Source: the human T2T-CHM13v2.0 reference genome, Homo sapiens
Direction: 5' to 3' (one strand)
Length of the DNA: 64,000 bases
Assembly: GCF_009914755.1 (NCBI RefSeq)
Contig: NC_060932.1
Position 1 is the first letter of the stretch, and each line of letters begins with the position of its first letter. This document shows, piece by piece, positions 16,200 to 29,336 of this stretch. Below the pieces are notes generated by a model, which worked only from the letters and a program-made list of their open reading frames with translations, did not search any database and was not told the DNA's origin. Made by a program: the position numbers and the translations under genes.

Positions 16200-16737
16200 T
16201 TATATTATCTATTTCTTTGTAACAAATTTAGTGACTTAAAACAATAACAAGCATTCATTATCTTCAGTTTCTATCTGTCGGAAATAAGGAAGCGCTTAGG
16301 TGCATGGTTCTGGCTCAGAGTCTCTCACAAGATTGCAGTCAAAATGTAGAACAGGGCTGAAGTCATCTGAAGGCTGAAGTGGGTCTGGAGAATCCACATT
16401 CAAGATGGTTCACTCACACAACTGGAAAGTTGGTTCTGACTGTTGGCAAGAGGCATCAGAGGTACTGACCTCTCTGTAGGTCTGCTTAAACTTCCTTACA
16501 ATATGGTGGCTCATTCTGGCTTTTCCCAGAGTGAGTGATTTAAGAGAGGACAAAGAGGAAGTTTTTAATATATTTTATCACCTTTCCTTGAAAGCCCCAC
16601 ACCACCAACTCTTGAAATATTCTGTTGGTTTCCTAGGTCAGCCCTATGCATTATGAGTGGATGGAGGAAATATACAACAGTGTGAATACTCAAGAGGTGA
16701 GAATCATTGGTGGCCATATGGGAAACTGGCTACCACA
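16200..16737 (-). mobile_element. MLT1-family solo LTR
   Basis: tatctatttctttgtaacaaat...gacttaaaacaa...cacattcaagatgg...ctaccaca, a typical reverse MLT1. Confidence 0.65.
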
Positions 16738-17299
16738 GAAACCCAACCTAGTTTTGGCAGGGAGAGAGAGTGGTTTAAACATCTAGTCATGGAAATGAAA
16801 TTTAGATCATAGAAGATTTAAAATGTTGGGAAAAATAACTGATTTTGTGGCTCTAGTTATTTTAATAATCAATTGGATTGATTATATGGATGACAGATTC
16901 TGCAATGTCATAACTGAAATGCCTAAAGATCTTTGCTTGGAAATAACTGATTGTAAGTTGCATAGCTGTATCTAATGCCACTGTTATGTTTTCTAAACCT
17001 CAGTGCCTGGAAAGTTTAAAGTTATCAGTATTAAAATGTTCAAGAGAGCTGGCAATGAATTACATTTTTTACTTGTTGACTTCCAAGTACACCAAACCTA
17101 AATTGGTTATACGTTCTTTCTTCTTTCTTGTTTATAAAGAAAATGTTTTCCACTCCTTTCCCTTCACATTCTCTCCACCATATTTTGACTCTTTTTCTTT
17201 GAATTATTTTTTAAAAATATTTTGAATGTCATTGGTATACTCTCCCTAGAGCCAACCCTGGGAAAAAAGTAGACTTTCATTTTGAGAAAAGAATGTCAA

Positions 17300-18140
17300 G
17301 GGTCACTCACTATTACCATCGCCATTTAATATTGAACAAGAGTTCCTAGCCAGGGCAGTGCAGTAAAGAAAGAAAGATATACAGATTGAAAAGGAAGAAG
17401 GGAAAATGTAGTTTATGGTGATAATATTAATTGCATATGTAGAATTTACAGATAATATGATTATGTATATAGAAAATAAAAAATAAATAAATTACTAAGT
17501 AAGCTTAGGAAGATTTCTGGACAGAAGGTCAACAAGCATTTAAAAAATACATCAGGTACATAAAATACCTAAGAATGTGTCTAATAAAACACCTCTACAT
17601 AGAAAACAGTAAAACAAATTGAGAGAATTAAAAAGATTCAAATATTTGGTGGGCTTGTGCAAGAGTTAGAAAACTCAATATTTTAAATATGTTTCTCCCC
17701 AAATTAATAAATCAAATCAATGAAGTAATAAATATTAGAAGTTTTTAAAATGAAATTGATAATCCAATTTCAAAATGCCAACAATATCCTGGAGAAGCTT
17801 GAGTAAGAATGAGATGGGAGGACTTGCTCTAGCTGTTACCAAGAATTATTATAAACCTGTAATTAACAAAAGATGGTACAAGATGGCCAAATTAGACTCA
17901 CAGGTTGAATGAGGGATCTGAGAAGAAGAATCACGCTTATATGAACACTGAAAGTTCAACTAATGTGGTACTACAGAGCAGGGAAGTTTTTCTAATAATG
18001 ATTTTGAATTTTTTTTTTTAATTAAAAATAAGGAAACCATCTGCATCCACCTTACTTCACACCATATAAAAAATAATTCCAGGTAGAGTGTAAATCTATG
18101 TCAAAAGAACATTTTTTCTAATAAAACTTTTAGAAAAAAA
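17300..18140 (+). mobile_element. Ancient L1M ORF2 fragment
   Basis: A-rich, with degenerate ORF2 motifs (gttcctagccagggca, agattgaaaaggaagaag, ggaggacttgctcta). Confidence 0.6.
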
Positions 18141-18143
18141 TCA

Positions 18144-18444
18144 GGCCGGGTACAGTGGCTTATGCCTGTAATCCCAGCACTTTGGGAGGCCTAGGTGCGT
18201 GGATCACCTGAAGTCAGGAGTTCGAGACCAGCCTGGCCAACACGATGAAACCCTGTCTCTACTAAAAATACAAAAAATTATCCTGGTATGGTGGCGGGTG
18301 CCTTTAATCCCAGCTGCTCAGGAGGCTGAGGCAGGAGAATTGCTTGAACCCAGGAGGCGGAGGTTGCCGTGAGCCAGGATCGTGGCACTGCACTCCAGCC
18401 TAGGCAACAAGAGTGAAAACTCAGTCTCAAAAAAAAAAAAAAAA
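18144..18444 (+). mobile_element. Alu SINE (AluS-like)
   Basis: Full dimer plus poly-A tail. Confidence 0.95.
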
Positions 18445-18925
18445 TCCTATTGTGTGAGATGGTAATGCAACTCAAATGATAATAAGCAGAAAAGTCCTTT
18501 AGTTGCTAATGTATGTAATTAAAAAATCTGGATTGTGAGCCTCAGTATCCGAAACACCGTATTTCTTTCCATCACTTGGCTCTCCTAACTCCTGCTTGGT
18601 TTTGTTTTATGTATTGGCCCTCTTTCAGGTGAACAGTAGCCACCTGCAGTGTCAGACTCACATCCTCTGACATTGGCATCTCCACTAAAGAGATGATCTT
18701 CTCACTTACTGACTTTTCCTAGCCTTGGTTCACATACACATGGCAAACAGAGCACAATGATCGCTGAGTGTAGTGGCCATCTCCTAGTTGATTGCCACAG
18801 CCTTGACTGCTCCAACAGTGAGACAGGATGGGACTGCTCCCCTACAGTGGCATAAAGTGGTAGAGTGGTTCTTAATTAAATTACATTATTTATTTATTTA
18901 TTTATTTATGAGATGATGCTGACAA

Positions 18926-19418
18926 TTTAGGTTTAAAATGAAAATTGCAAAAATAAAATTTTGGCCTTAAACTTATAAATTATATGTGAGTATAATGTAA
19001 CAGAAAAATGACAATAAAATGTTTCTTGCAATTTTTAAATACTGCATATATATTTTTCCATGAATATAATAAAGTGTATTGTGTACTGAGCATATAATAA
19101 GTGCCCTGCTTTTTATATACATCATCTCTACTCTTTACAAAAAACATAAATTATTCTATTTTTATTCCCATTTGAAGAGGAGGAAAAATGTCAACATGGC
19201 AAGATTGTGATTAGACTCCAAATTTGTCTTGAGTCCAAAAACTATTGCTTTACAGTGTATAATATTGCAGTTCAGTTGAAGATTTGCTGTCTCAAATAAC
19301 AGTCAATAGCTAGTATAATCAGCAAAGGTCAATAGATAGCTCCTTGTGAAACAGACTTAGATATAAATTTGAAAAAATAATTAAGCCTTAATACAATTTT
19401 TAATTGTAGGGAGGACAA
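18926..19418 (+). repeat. 493-bp AT-rich segment, copy 1 (presumed donor) of a local duplication
   Basis: Colinear with 24790-25282; about 29 substitutions and no indels by manual comparison. Confidence 0.95.
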
Positions 19419-19929
19419 TTTTTACATACTAAATTTAGAGTTAGATTGCATATAAATTAGGAATAACAAGGGTAAAGGCAGAAATATTAAAAACAGCATA
19501 CATTGTTTTCCCTGTGACTAATACAATATTATTTACAGACTTGGTTGCTGTGGTGATGGACTCATATGCTCATCTTCGTCCAGAAACCTAGCAGAGATTT
19601 TTCTAATAGCGTAAATAAATTCCAAATTAAAAATTTTATTTTAAGATATCACCTAATTTTCATAAATACAGAAAACATTAAATTATATAATTATATTATA
19701 TCACATTATTAGAGTAATAAATTTAAAGATGTATTAAAATCTGTAGACTTCTAAGATTAGATTTGGAAAACAGGATTCATTCCCTCCTGATACACACTTT
19801 GTTTACATATTCCGAAAATGATGTGACTTCTTGTTGTCATTGTTAAGCCTGGGAAATTTGTAAGCTTTTACAGAGCTAATAGTGCAACTGTAACCAGTAA
19901 CTTTTCTGTTTGGTTTTTTAATACAAAGT

Positions 19930-19976
19930 CCAAATATATATATATATATATATATATATTTGGCTATATGAAATGT

Positions 19977-20022
<46 letters not shown>

Positions 20023-20036
20023 GCTATATGAAATGT
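19930..20036. repeat. Two (TA)n microsatellites, each followed by ggctatatgaaatgt
   Basis: Read directly from the sequence. Confidence 0.9.
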
Positions 20037-20192
20037 TCAGCCATTTGGAGGAAAAATATTTTCCTGCATGATCTCAAACTTTCATTCTTATGGGTACACA
20101 GTTCCTGTTTTCATCCCATATAGATATTTGATGTAGAACTTTCCTATAGAGTATTGAACATTTATGATATTTAAAATCCACGGTCATGTTAA

Positions 20193-20539
<347 letters not shown>

Positions 20540-21534
20540 AGCTTTTCTTCCTTTGCTACCCTCTTCCAATTTCCTTACATTGGCTTGAGAGCTAGATCAT
20601 TTAATTTTGCCATTCATAGCCAACTGAATGACTAATTGACTATTTTTTGTATGTTTCTGGATGTTTGGAGTAATCTATATAGAGTATTTATTTATTTTGA
20701 CAGGTTAATAATTTTTCTTTGTTTTCTTTTTTCAATATCAGTATTTAATTTACCCTTGTCAGAGATTAAATTTTTTGTCCCAATTGCTGTCAGTACCTGG
20801 ACATTTTGAAATGATCAACTTGCATGTAGATTAACATTCACTGTCTGATAATTATCTAGGAATTAGTTCTAAAGACTTATGATGGATGGTTTAATTACTG
20901 AGGGAGTAAGACATTTCTAATTCTGTATGAACGCAGCTTTAATTTCTGCATAAGGTGGATTACTAGTGGAAGTCAATTTAATGTAATCCTAGGTAATGAT
21001 ATTGATGAAATTACAGCATTAATGTGCTGATTATATTTTCCTAATATACACTGAAATAATCATTAGGATTATAAGATTGTAATATTTCACACAAAATGTT
21101 CAGCATACCATCAGTAGTATGTTTATTACATCTTGCGGTACACTGGCTTAAAAAGTAAAGCCCAGATTCCCTGATTTCAAAACATGTTATATTCTTTATA
21201 ATCTCATCTCAGCTTGTTTCTAATTCTATCTTTAGTTTCCCCCTATTATATACACATTTTTTTCTAGCTTTCTTTATAAAATGAACCCCTTCTTTCTGTT
21301 ATTTCTTCTAAAAAGAACCCCTTCCCTTCAACTTCTCCACTTAGAAAACTCACATGATTTTCTGTATACTTCTCTTGGAGCAATTATTACATTATATTTT
21401 ATAGACTTATTTGCTGACAATGTATTACTTCTCATAGACACGCTTCTTATAGACTATCTGTCTCTGGCTTTAATGAATCAAACCTCAAAAATTACTGGCT
21501 ACTATAAATCATGTTTCCAAACATCAGTGATTAT

Positions 21535-21701
21535 GTTTTTCTTTTTAGAGACAGAGTCTTGCTATGTTGTCCAGGCTGGACTGCAGTGGCTATTCATGGG
21601 CCAGATCATAGGGCACTGCAGCCTTGGACTCCTGGCCTCAAGTGATCCTCTCCCCTCAGCTTCCCAAGTGCTGGAACTACAGCTCATCGCTGTGCCCAGC
21701 C
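21535..21701 (-). mobile_element. Alu monomer (FLAM/FRAM-like)
   Basis: A single divergent arm: gagacagagtcttgctatgttgtccaggctgg...gtgcccagc. Confidence 0.75.
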
Positions 21702-21896
21702 ATCAGTTATTTTTGATGTTTTATGTATTAAATTCATTTCTTGATAATAAAATTATCACATATTAATTGGAAAATAATTGGAAATGTATTAGAAATTCCT
21801 TTATGCTAGACTGATTTAGAACCTAGGTTGGCTTTAATGTTGAGCCAGGCTTGTGGGTTCATTTACAATGCATTTTTCTTAAAAACTTGGCACATT

Positions 21897-22279
<383 letters not shown>

Positions 22280-22442
22280 TCAGTTATATGAAAAAGTAAC
22301 CACAGTCAAAGATCTTGTCTGATTATAGTTGGTTAACCTGAAGAATCTTTATTTTCTGTGACCCCTATGCTGGACTCATCACTCTGTCCTTTAAACGTTG
22401 AAATAATTTAGAATTAGTTATAAGCCTAGTTTTCACTCTCTA

Positions 22443-22857
<415 letters not shown>

Positions 22858-22908
22858 AAACATCACCCTGAAATCTCATCTTCTCCTTAAGCTATAGATG
22901 CAGTTGAC

Positions 22909-22965
22909 TTTTTCTTTTTTTTTTTTTTTTTTGAGACAGAGTTTCACTCTGTCGCCCAGGCTGGC
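22909..22965 (-). mobile_element. Severely 5'-truncated Alu (3' end only)
   Basis: Poly-T followed by gagacagagtttcactctgtcgcccaggctgg. Confidence 0.8.
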
Positions 22966-23420
22966 AATGTTTACCATTGATAGAAATGTTTATTTAAATA
23001 GAAGTGAAAAAATAGTAATGACATAATAATGCTGATATAATAATATTTATATGATATATTCAGGTTACCATTTTGCCTAAGAAAACGAAAGCTATCTTCT
23101 AGAATGGCGCAGAAAGGAGCAGCTTAAAAGAGACATTCTGAATAAGAATGGCTTATCTCTTTCAGATAAGCCAGTGCTTCCTACAGTAATGACATGGAAA
23201 TCCATCTATTATATACAGTCAATGGGATTGCAATACCCAAATCTTCCTCTCAAGGAAAATAGATGAGGAGATTTCTTGGTCATAATCAGAGATTGCAATG
23301 GTGTTGAATAGGCAACATAATATGAATATCCTCTTAAATATAAAGGCCAAACTAAACTGATCTGTTTTTATCCATGCAACTATTTGTTAGCATCTTTGCA
23401 GGAGGTAAGTCTCTCTCTCT

Positions 23421-23743
<323 letters not shown>

Positions 23744-24789
23744 TAGCTAGTGCCCTTATAATTATGCTGAAGTAAAATAAGCCTGAGAGAGAAAATAACC
23801 TATCTGGAATCAAATTATTACGTGCAGTGTGGACAGTGTGGATATAGAATTTGATTAAACATTTAAATGAGCATTTAAGAAAATAACTAAAATGTAATTT
23901 TGAAGGGAATTTTAAACAACCTCATATTTCACTGGAATTGTTAATCCTCCTGTCTTCACATTTTAAAGGCTGAATTATTAAACATTATAATAATATCTTA
24001 GTCACCTTAAGTGTCAAATAAATTACTTAGAGAAGTGATCTGAGACTTTCAGTGAATCATTAAAGACTCCTTTTTTTGTGACTTAGTCCCTTCTCTCTGG
24101 AACAAAATAACATATATTTTGATACAACACATTGTTAAAATCAGAAAAAAATTGTTTTAAGTTTCTTCAACTTTTGAATAAATTTTATTTGAAGTAGTTT
24201 TTGAGTACAAAAACATTAAGAAGATAGTAGAGAGTTCCCATATACTACTCTACAAAGTTCTTTCCATTGTTAACATCTTTCATGTTAGCATTGCATTGTT
24301 ACAATTACTTGACACAATTAATAACTAATATAATATTAAATACAGTTTATAATTTATTCAGAGGTCCTTAGTATTTACCTAATACCCTTTTCTGCCCCAG
24401 TTTTCTATCCAAGATACCACTAATTACATTTAGTTATCGTGTCTCTTTATGATCTGCCTGGATGTGAGAGTTTCTCATACTTTCTTTGTTTTTGATGCCT
24501 TGAAAATTGTGAGGAATACTGGTCAGCCATACAGTAGGATTCTTCTTTCTGGGAATATGGCAGACTATTGTAGGATTCTACTCTCTTAAAATTTGCCCAT
24601 TGTTTTTCTCATGATTAGACTGGGGTTATGGGTTTTGGAAGGAAGATCACAGAGGTAAAATTTCATTTTCAAAAAATCATATCAAAGGTATTAGTCAGGG
24701 TTCTCTAGAGGAACAAGACTAATAGAATATATATAGATAGATATAGATATATATCTTATTATATATAAAACACTATATATAATATAGTG

Positions 24790-25282
24790 TTTAGGTTTAA
24801 AATGAAAATTGCAAAAATAAAATTTTGGTCTAAAACTTATAAATTATATGTGAATATAATGTAACAGAAAAATGACAATAAAATGTTTCATGCAATTTTT
24901 AAATACTGCCTACATATTTTTCCATGAATATAATAAAATGTATTGTGTATTGAGCATATAATAAGTACCCTACTTTTTATATACTTCATCTCTACTCTTT
25001 ATGACAAACATAGATTATTCTCTTTTTATGCCCATTTGAAAAGAAGGAAAAATGCCAACATGGCAAGATTGTGATTACACTCCAAATTTGTCTTGAGTCC
25101 AAAAACTGTTGCTTTTCAGTGTATGATATTGAAGTTCAGTTGAAGATTTGCTGTCTCAAATAACAGTCAATAACTAGTATAATCAGCAAAGGTCAATAGG
25201 TAGCTCCTTGTGAAACAGACTTAGACATAAATTTGAAAAAATAATTAAGCCTTAATACAATTTTTAATTATAGGGAGGACAA
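24790..25282 (+). repeat. 493-bp segment, copy 2, inserted inside the HERV-L 3' LTR
   Basis: About 94% identical to 18926-19418; flanked on both sides by MLT2A LTR sequence. Confidence 0.95.
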
Positions 25283-26257
25283 GGTCCCACAATAGGCTGT
25301 TTGCAAGCTTGAGGAGCAAGGAGAGCCAGTCCAAGTCTCAAAACTGAAGAACTTGGAGTCCAATGTTAGAGGGCAGGAAGAATCCAGCAGGGAGAAAGAT
25401 ATAGGCTGGGAGGCTAGGCCAGTCTCTCTCTTTTTCACGTTTTTCTGCCTGCTTTATATTCACTGGCAGCTGATTAGATTGCGCCCACCAGGTTCAGGGT
25501 GGGTCTGCTTTTTCCAGCCCACTGACTCAAATGTTAACCTCCTTTGGCAACACCCTCACAGACACACCCCAGGATCAATATTTTGCATGCTTCAATCCAA
25601 TCAAGCTGACACACAGTATTAACCATCACAAGTCTACCCGTTTTCAACTTGAACCCATACTCATCTCCTAAGATAATACATAATTTTCAAATAAAGACAA
25701 TAATAAGGTCATAATTACACCTAACATAATACAAGTATCCTTCATACAACTGGAAACACACCAATCCCCAACCCAAATACTATTACATAAAGTTAATAAT
25801 ACTTAAATGCTGATATGAAGTCAATAAATTTTATGTCACATGATAAAGGAAAAGGAAATAAAATGAAGAGATTTTCTTAGTACAAGTGTATCCATGCACA
25901 AACATGCTTTTAACAACAGAAAGAGGAAATACTCATGACAGTTACAATCCTCATTTCTGCAGCTGGTCACGTGGTCGTAGCTGGTATTGATGACTACCTT
26001 CTTCTACTACCCATTCTGTATTCCCTTTGCCTTCAGCAAGCACCTCAGCAGGTTGTGGTTTTTTTCCTGGTGGAGTGACTCAAGCCTTCATTCCTGAGGG
26101 GTCTGGACCATTTGTAGTCCGGCCTGGATTGGGCTGTTGTAGTTTTCCACTCACCTTAATCAGGGCAGGGTAATACTAAGAGATGCCCTAATAGATCTCC
26201 TGTATTGAATGCATACTCTTTCTTACCTTTGTTACGGAGTAGTAGACTGATTTCATC

Positions 26258-26605
26258 TTAACAGTCTGGGTCAATCACCCCAGCCAACACTGTAACTCCC
26301 TTCTTAGCCTGTTGACTTAAAGGTAGGAGGAGCCCAAAGTGTCCAGGTGGCAATGCTAACTTCCAGTTTAATGGAATCATTGTTGTGTCCCCTGGTGGCA
26401 GCATTCCTTCCTCTGGAACTAAGACTTCTAGGTCAGTAGAAAATAATGTTGCAGGAACAGGAAGCAAAAATTTTGCTAGTGGGTCAGTAGGGGTGATGGT
26501 GAGTGGTGCCACTTTCACTTCCACCCCTTGATTCCTAGACCTATTAATCCTGGCTATGGGAAAAACAGTACCATATGTTGGATGCTGGTTATTCAGAACA
26601 CACAC
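26258..26605 (-). pseudogene. HERV-L integrase C-terminus/dUTPase remnant
   Basis: IPLNWKLALPPGHFGLLLPLSQQAKKGVTVLAGVIDPD corresponds to dUTPase motifs 2-3. Position after integrase is typical of ERV-L. Confidence 0.85.
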
Positions 26606-26619
26606 GGCCTTCTGGAGAA

Positions 26620-26916
26620 CTGCAAACTATTGTCACCTAGTTTGCCCTGCAAACTGTTGTCACCTAGTTTGCCCTGCAAATTGTTGTCACCTAGTTTGCC
26701 CTGTAGACTGTTGTCACCTAGTTTGCCCTGCAGACTGTTGTCACCTAGTTTGCCCTGCAGACTGTTGTCACCTAGTTTGCCCTGCAGACTGTTGTCACCT
26801 AGTTTGCCCTGCAGGCTGTTGTCACCTAGTTTGCCCTGCAGGCTGTTGTCACCTAGTTTGCCCTGCAGACTGTTGTCACCTAGTTTGCCCTGCAGGCTGT
26901 TGTCACCTAGTTGGCA
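26620..26916. repeat. Minisatellite, 11 x 27 bp (CTGCAGACTGTTGTCACCTAGTTTGCC)
   Basis: Eleven head-to-tail units counted at 27-bp spacing; no spacers. Confidence 0.97.
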
Positions 26917-28532
26917 TTGTAATTGTTACTTCAAAAGGCCATTCCACCGTTCTATCAATCCAGCTGCTTCAGGATGATGGAGAACATGGTATGACCAGTG
27001 AATTTCATGAGCGTGAGCCCACTGCCGCACTTCTTTAGCTGAAAAGTGAATGTCTTGGTCAGAGGCAGTGCTGTGTGGAATACTCTAATGGCAGATAATA
27101 CATTCCATGAGTCCATGGTCTTGGCAGAAGCATTGCGTGCAGAATAGGCAAGCCCATATCTGGAGTGTCTATTCCAGTGAGGACAAACCTCTGCTCTTTC
27201 CGTGATGGAAGAGGTCCAACATAATCAACCTGCCACCAGGTAGCTGGCTGATCACCCCGAGAAATGGTGCCACATCGAGGGCTCAGTGTTGGTCTCTGCT
27301 AATGGAAAATTGGGCACTCAGCAGTAGCTGCAGTCAGGTCAGCCTTGGTGAGTGGAAATCCATGTTGCTGAGCCCATGGGTAACCTCCATCCCTGCCACC
27401 ATGGACACTTTGTTCATGGGCCCATTGGGCAATGACAGGGGTGGCTTGATAAATAGGCTGAGTGGTGTCCACAGAACAGGTCATCCTATCCACTTGGTTA
27501 TTAAAATCCTCCTCTGCTGAGGCCACTTGTTGATGAGCACTCACATGGGATACAAGTATCTTCACGGTTTTTGACCACTCAGAGAGGTCCATTCACATAC
27601 ATACCTCTTCATCAAATTTCTTTGTCACCTATTTTCCAATCATGCTTTCTCCAAATCCCTGACCATCCAGCCAAACCACTGGGTACAGCCCATGAATCAC
27701 TATATAATTACACACCTGGCCATTTCTCCTTCCATGCAAAGTGCACAGCCAGGTGCATGGCTCGAAGTTCTGCCCACTGGGAAGATTTCCCTTCACCGCT
27801 GTCCTTTAGTGATGTTCTAGAAAGGGGCTGTAGTGCTGCAGCTGTCCACTTTCGGGTGGTGCCTCCTTATCATGCAGAACCATTTGTGAACCAGGCCCTA
27901 GTCTTCTCTTCCTCTGTCAACTGATCATAGGAAACTCCCCATGAGCCCATTGGTGCAGTCTGGGGAAGAGAAGGCAGGGTGGCAGGAGTGGATACCATGG
28001 GCATTTGAACCACTTCCTCATGTAACTTACTTGTGCCTTCAGGACCTGCTTGAGCCCAATCATGTATATACCACTTCCATTTGATGATGAAATGCAGCTG
28101 TGCACGACCAACTTTATGGTTAGATGGGTCAGAAAGCACCCAGTTCATGATAGGCAGTTCAGCTGTCATGGTGACTTGATAATCCATAGTCAAACGTTCA
28201 GTTTCCACCAAAGCCCAGTAACAGGCCAAGAGCTGTCTCTCAAAAGGAAAATAGTTATCTGAAGAAGATTGTGGGGCCTTGCTCCAAAATCCTAGAGGCC
28301 TCCGCTATGATTCACCTATAGGGACCTGCCAAAGGCTCCAAAAAGCATCCCTATCTGCCACCTCATGCACCATTGGATCTGCCAGGTCATATGGCCCAAG
28401 TGACAGAGCAGCTTGCACAGAAGCCTGGACCTGTTGCAGAGCCTTCTCCTATTCCGGATCCCACTCAAAACTGTCAGCCTTTCAGGTCTCTTGATAAATG
28501 GGCCAGAGTAACATACTCAAATGAGGAAGATG

Positions 28533-29336
28533 TTACCCCCAAAATCCAAATAGGCTCACTAGGCATTGTGCCTCTTTCTTGGTTATAGGAGGGGCCAAAT
28601 TCAGCAATTTATTCTTTACCTTAGAAGGAATATCTTGACAGGTCCCACACCACCGGACTCCTGGAAATTGTAATGAGGTAGAAGGTCCCTGAATTTCAGT
28701 CAGATTTATTGCCTGTCCTCTGGTATGCAAATATCTCACCAATAAGTCCAGTGTGTTTGCTACTTCTTGCTCACTGGATCCAATCAGCTTAATGTCATCA
28801 ATGTAATGGACCAGTGTGATATCTTGCAGAAGTGAAAAGCGATCAAGGTCTTTCCGAATAAGATCATGACACAAAGCTGGAGAGTTGTTATATTCCCAAG
28901 GTAGGACATTAAAGACATATTGCTGGCCTTGCTAGCTGAAGGCAAATTGCTTCTTGTGGGCCTCATGAACAGGAATGGAGAAAAAGGCATTTGCCAAGTC
29001 AATGACTGCAAACCAGGTACCAGGAGATGTGTTAATTGGTTCAAGCAGTGAAACCACATCTGGTACAGCAACTGCAATTGGAGTCACCAATTGGTTAAGC
29101 TTACAATAATCCACTGTCATTCTGCAAGATCCATCTGTCTTCTGCACAGGCCAAATGGGAGACCTGAATGGGGATGTGGTGGGAATCACCTCCCCTGTGT
29201 CTTTCAAGTTCTTGATGGTGGTGCTAATCTCTGTAATCCCTCTAGGGATGTGATATTGTTTTTGATTTACTATTTTTTTAGGTATAGGTAGCTCTAATGG
29301 CTTCCATTTGGCCTTTCTCACCAAAATAGCCCTCAC
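28533..29336 (-). pseudogene. HERV-L reverse transcriptase remnant, interrupted by stops
   Basis: ORFs 28932-29336 and 28533-28874 carry retroviral RT motifs including YIDD. Confidence 0.9.

Noticed and set aside
26620-26916. 27-bp repeats as a CRISPR array
   Set aside because: Units are head-to-tail with no unique spacers, there are no cas genes, the DNA is primate, and the unit derives from HERV-L integrase.
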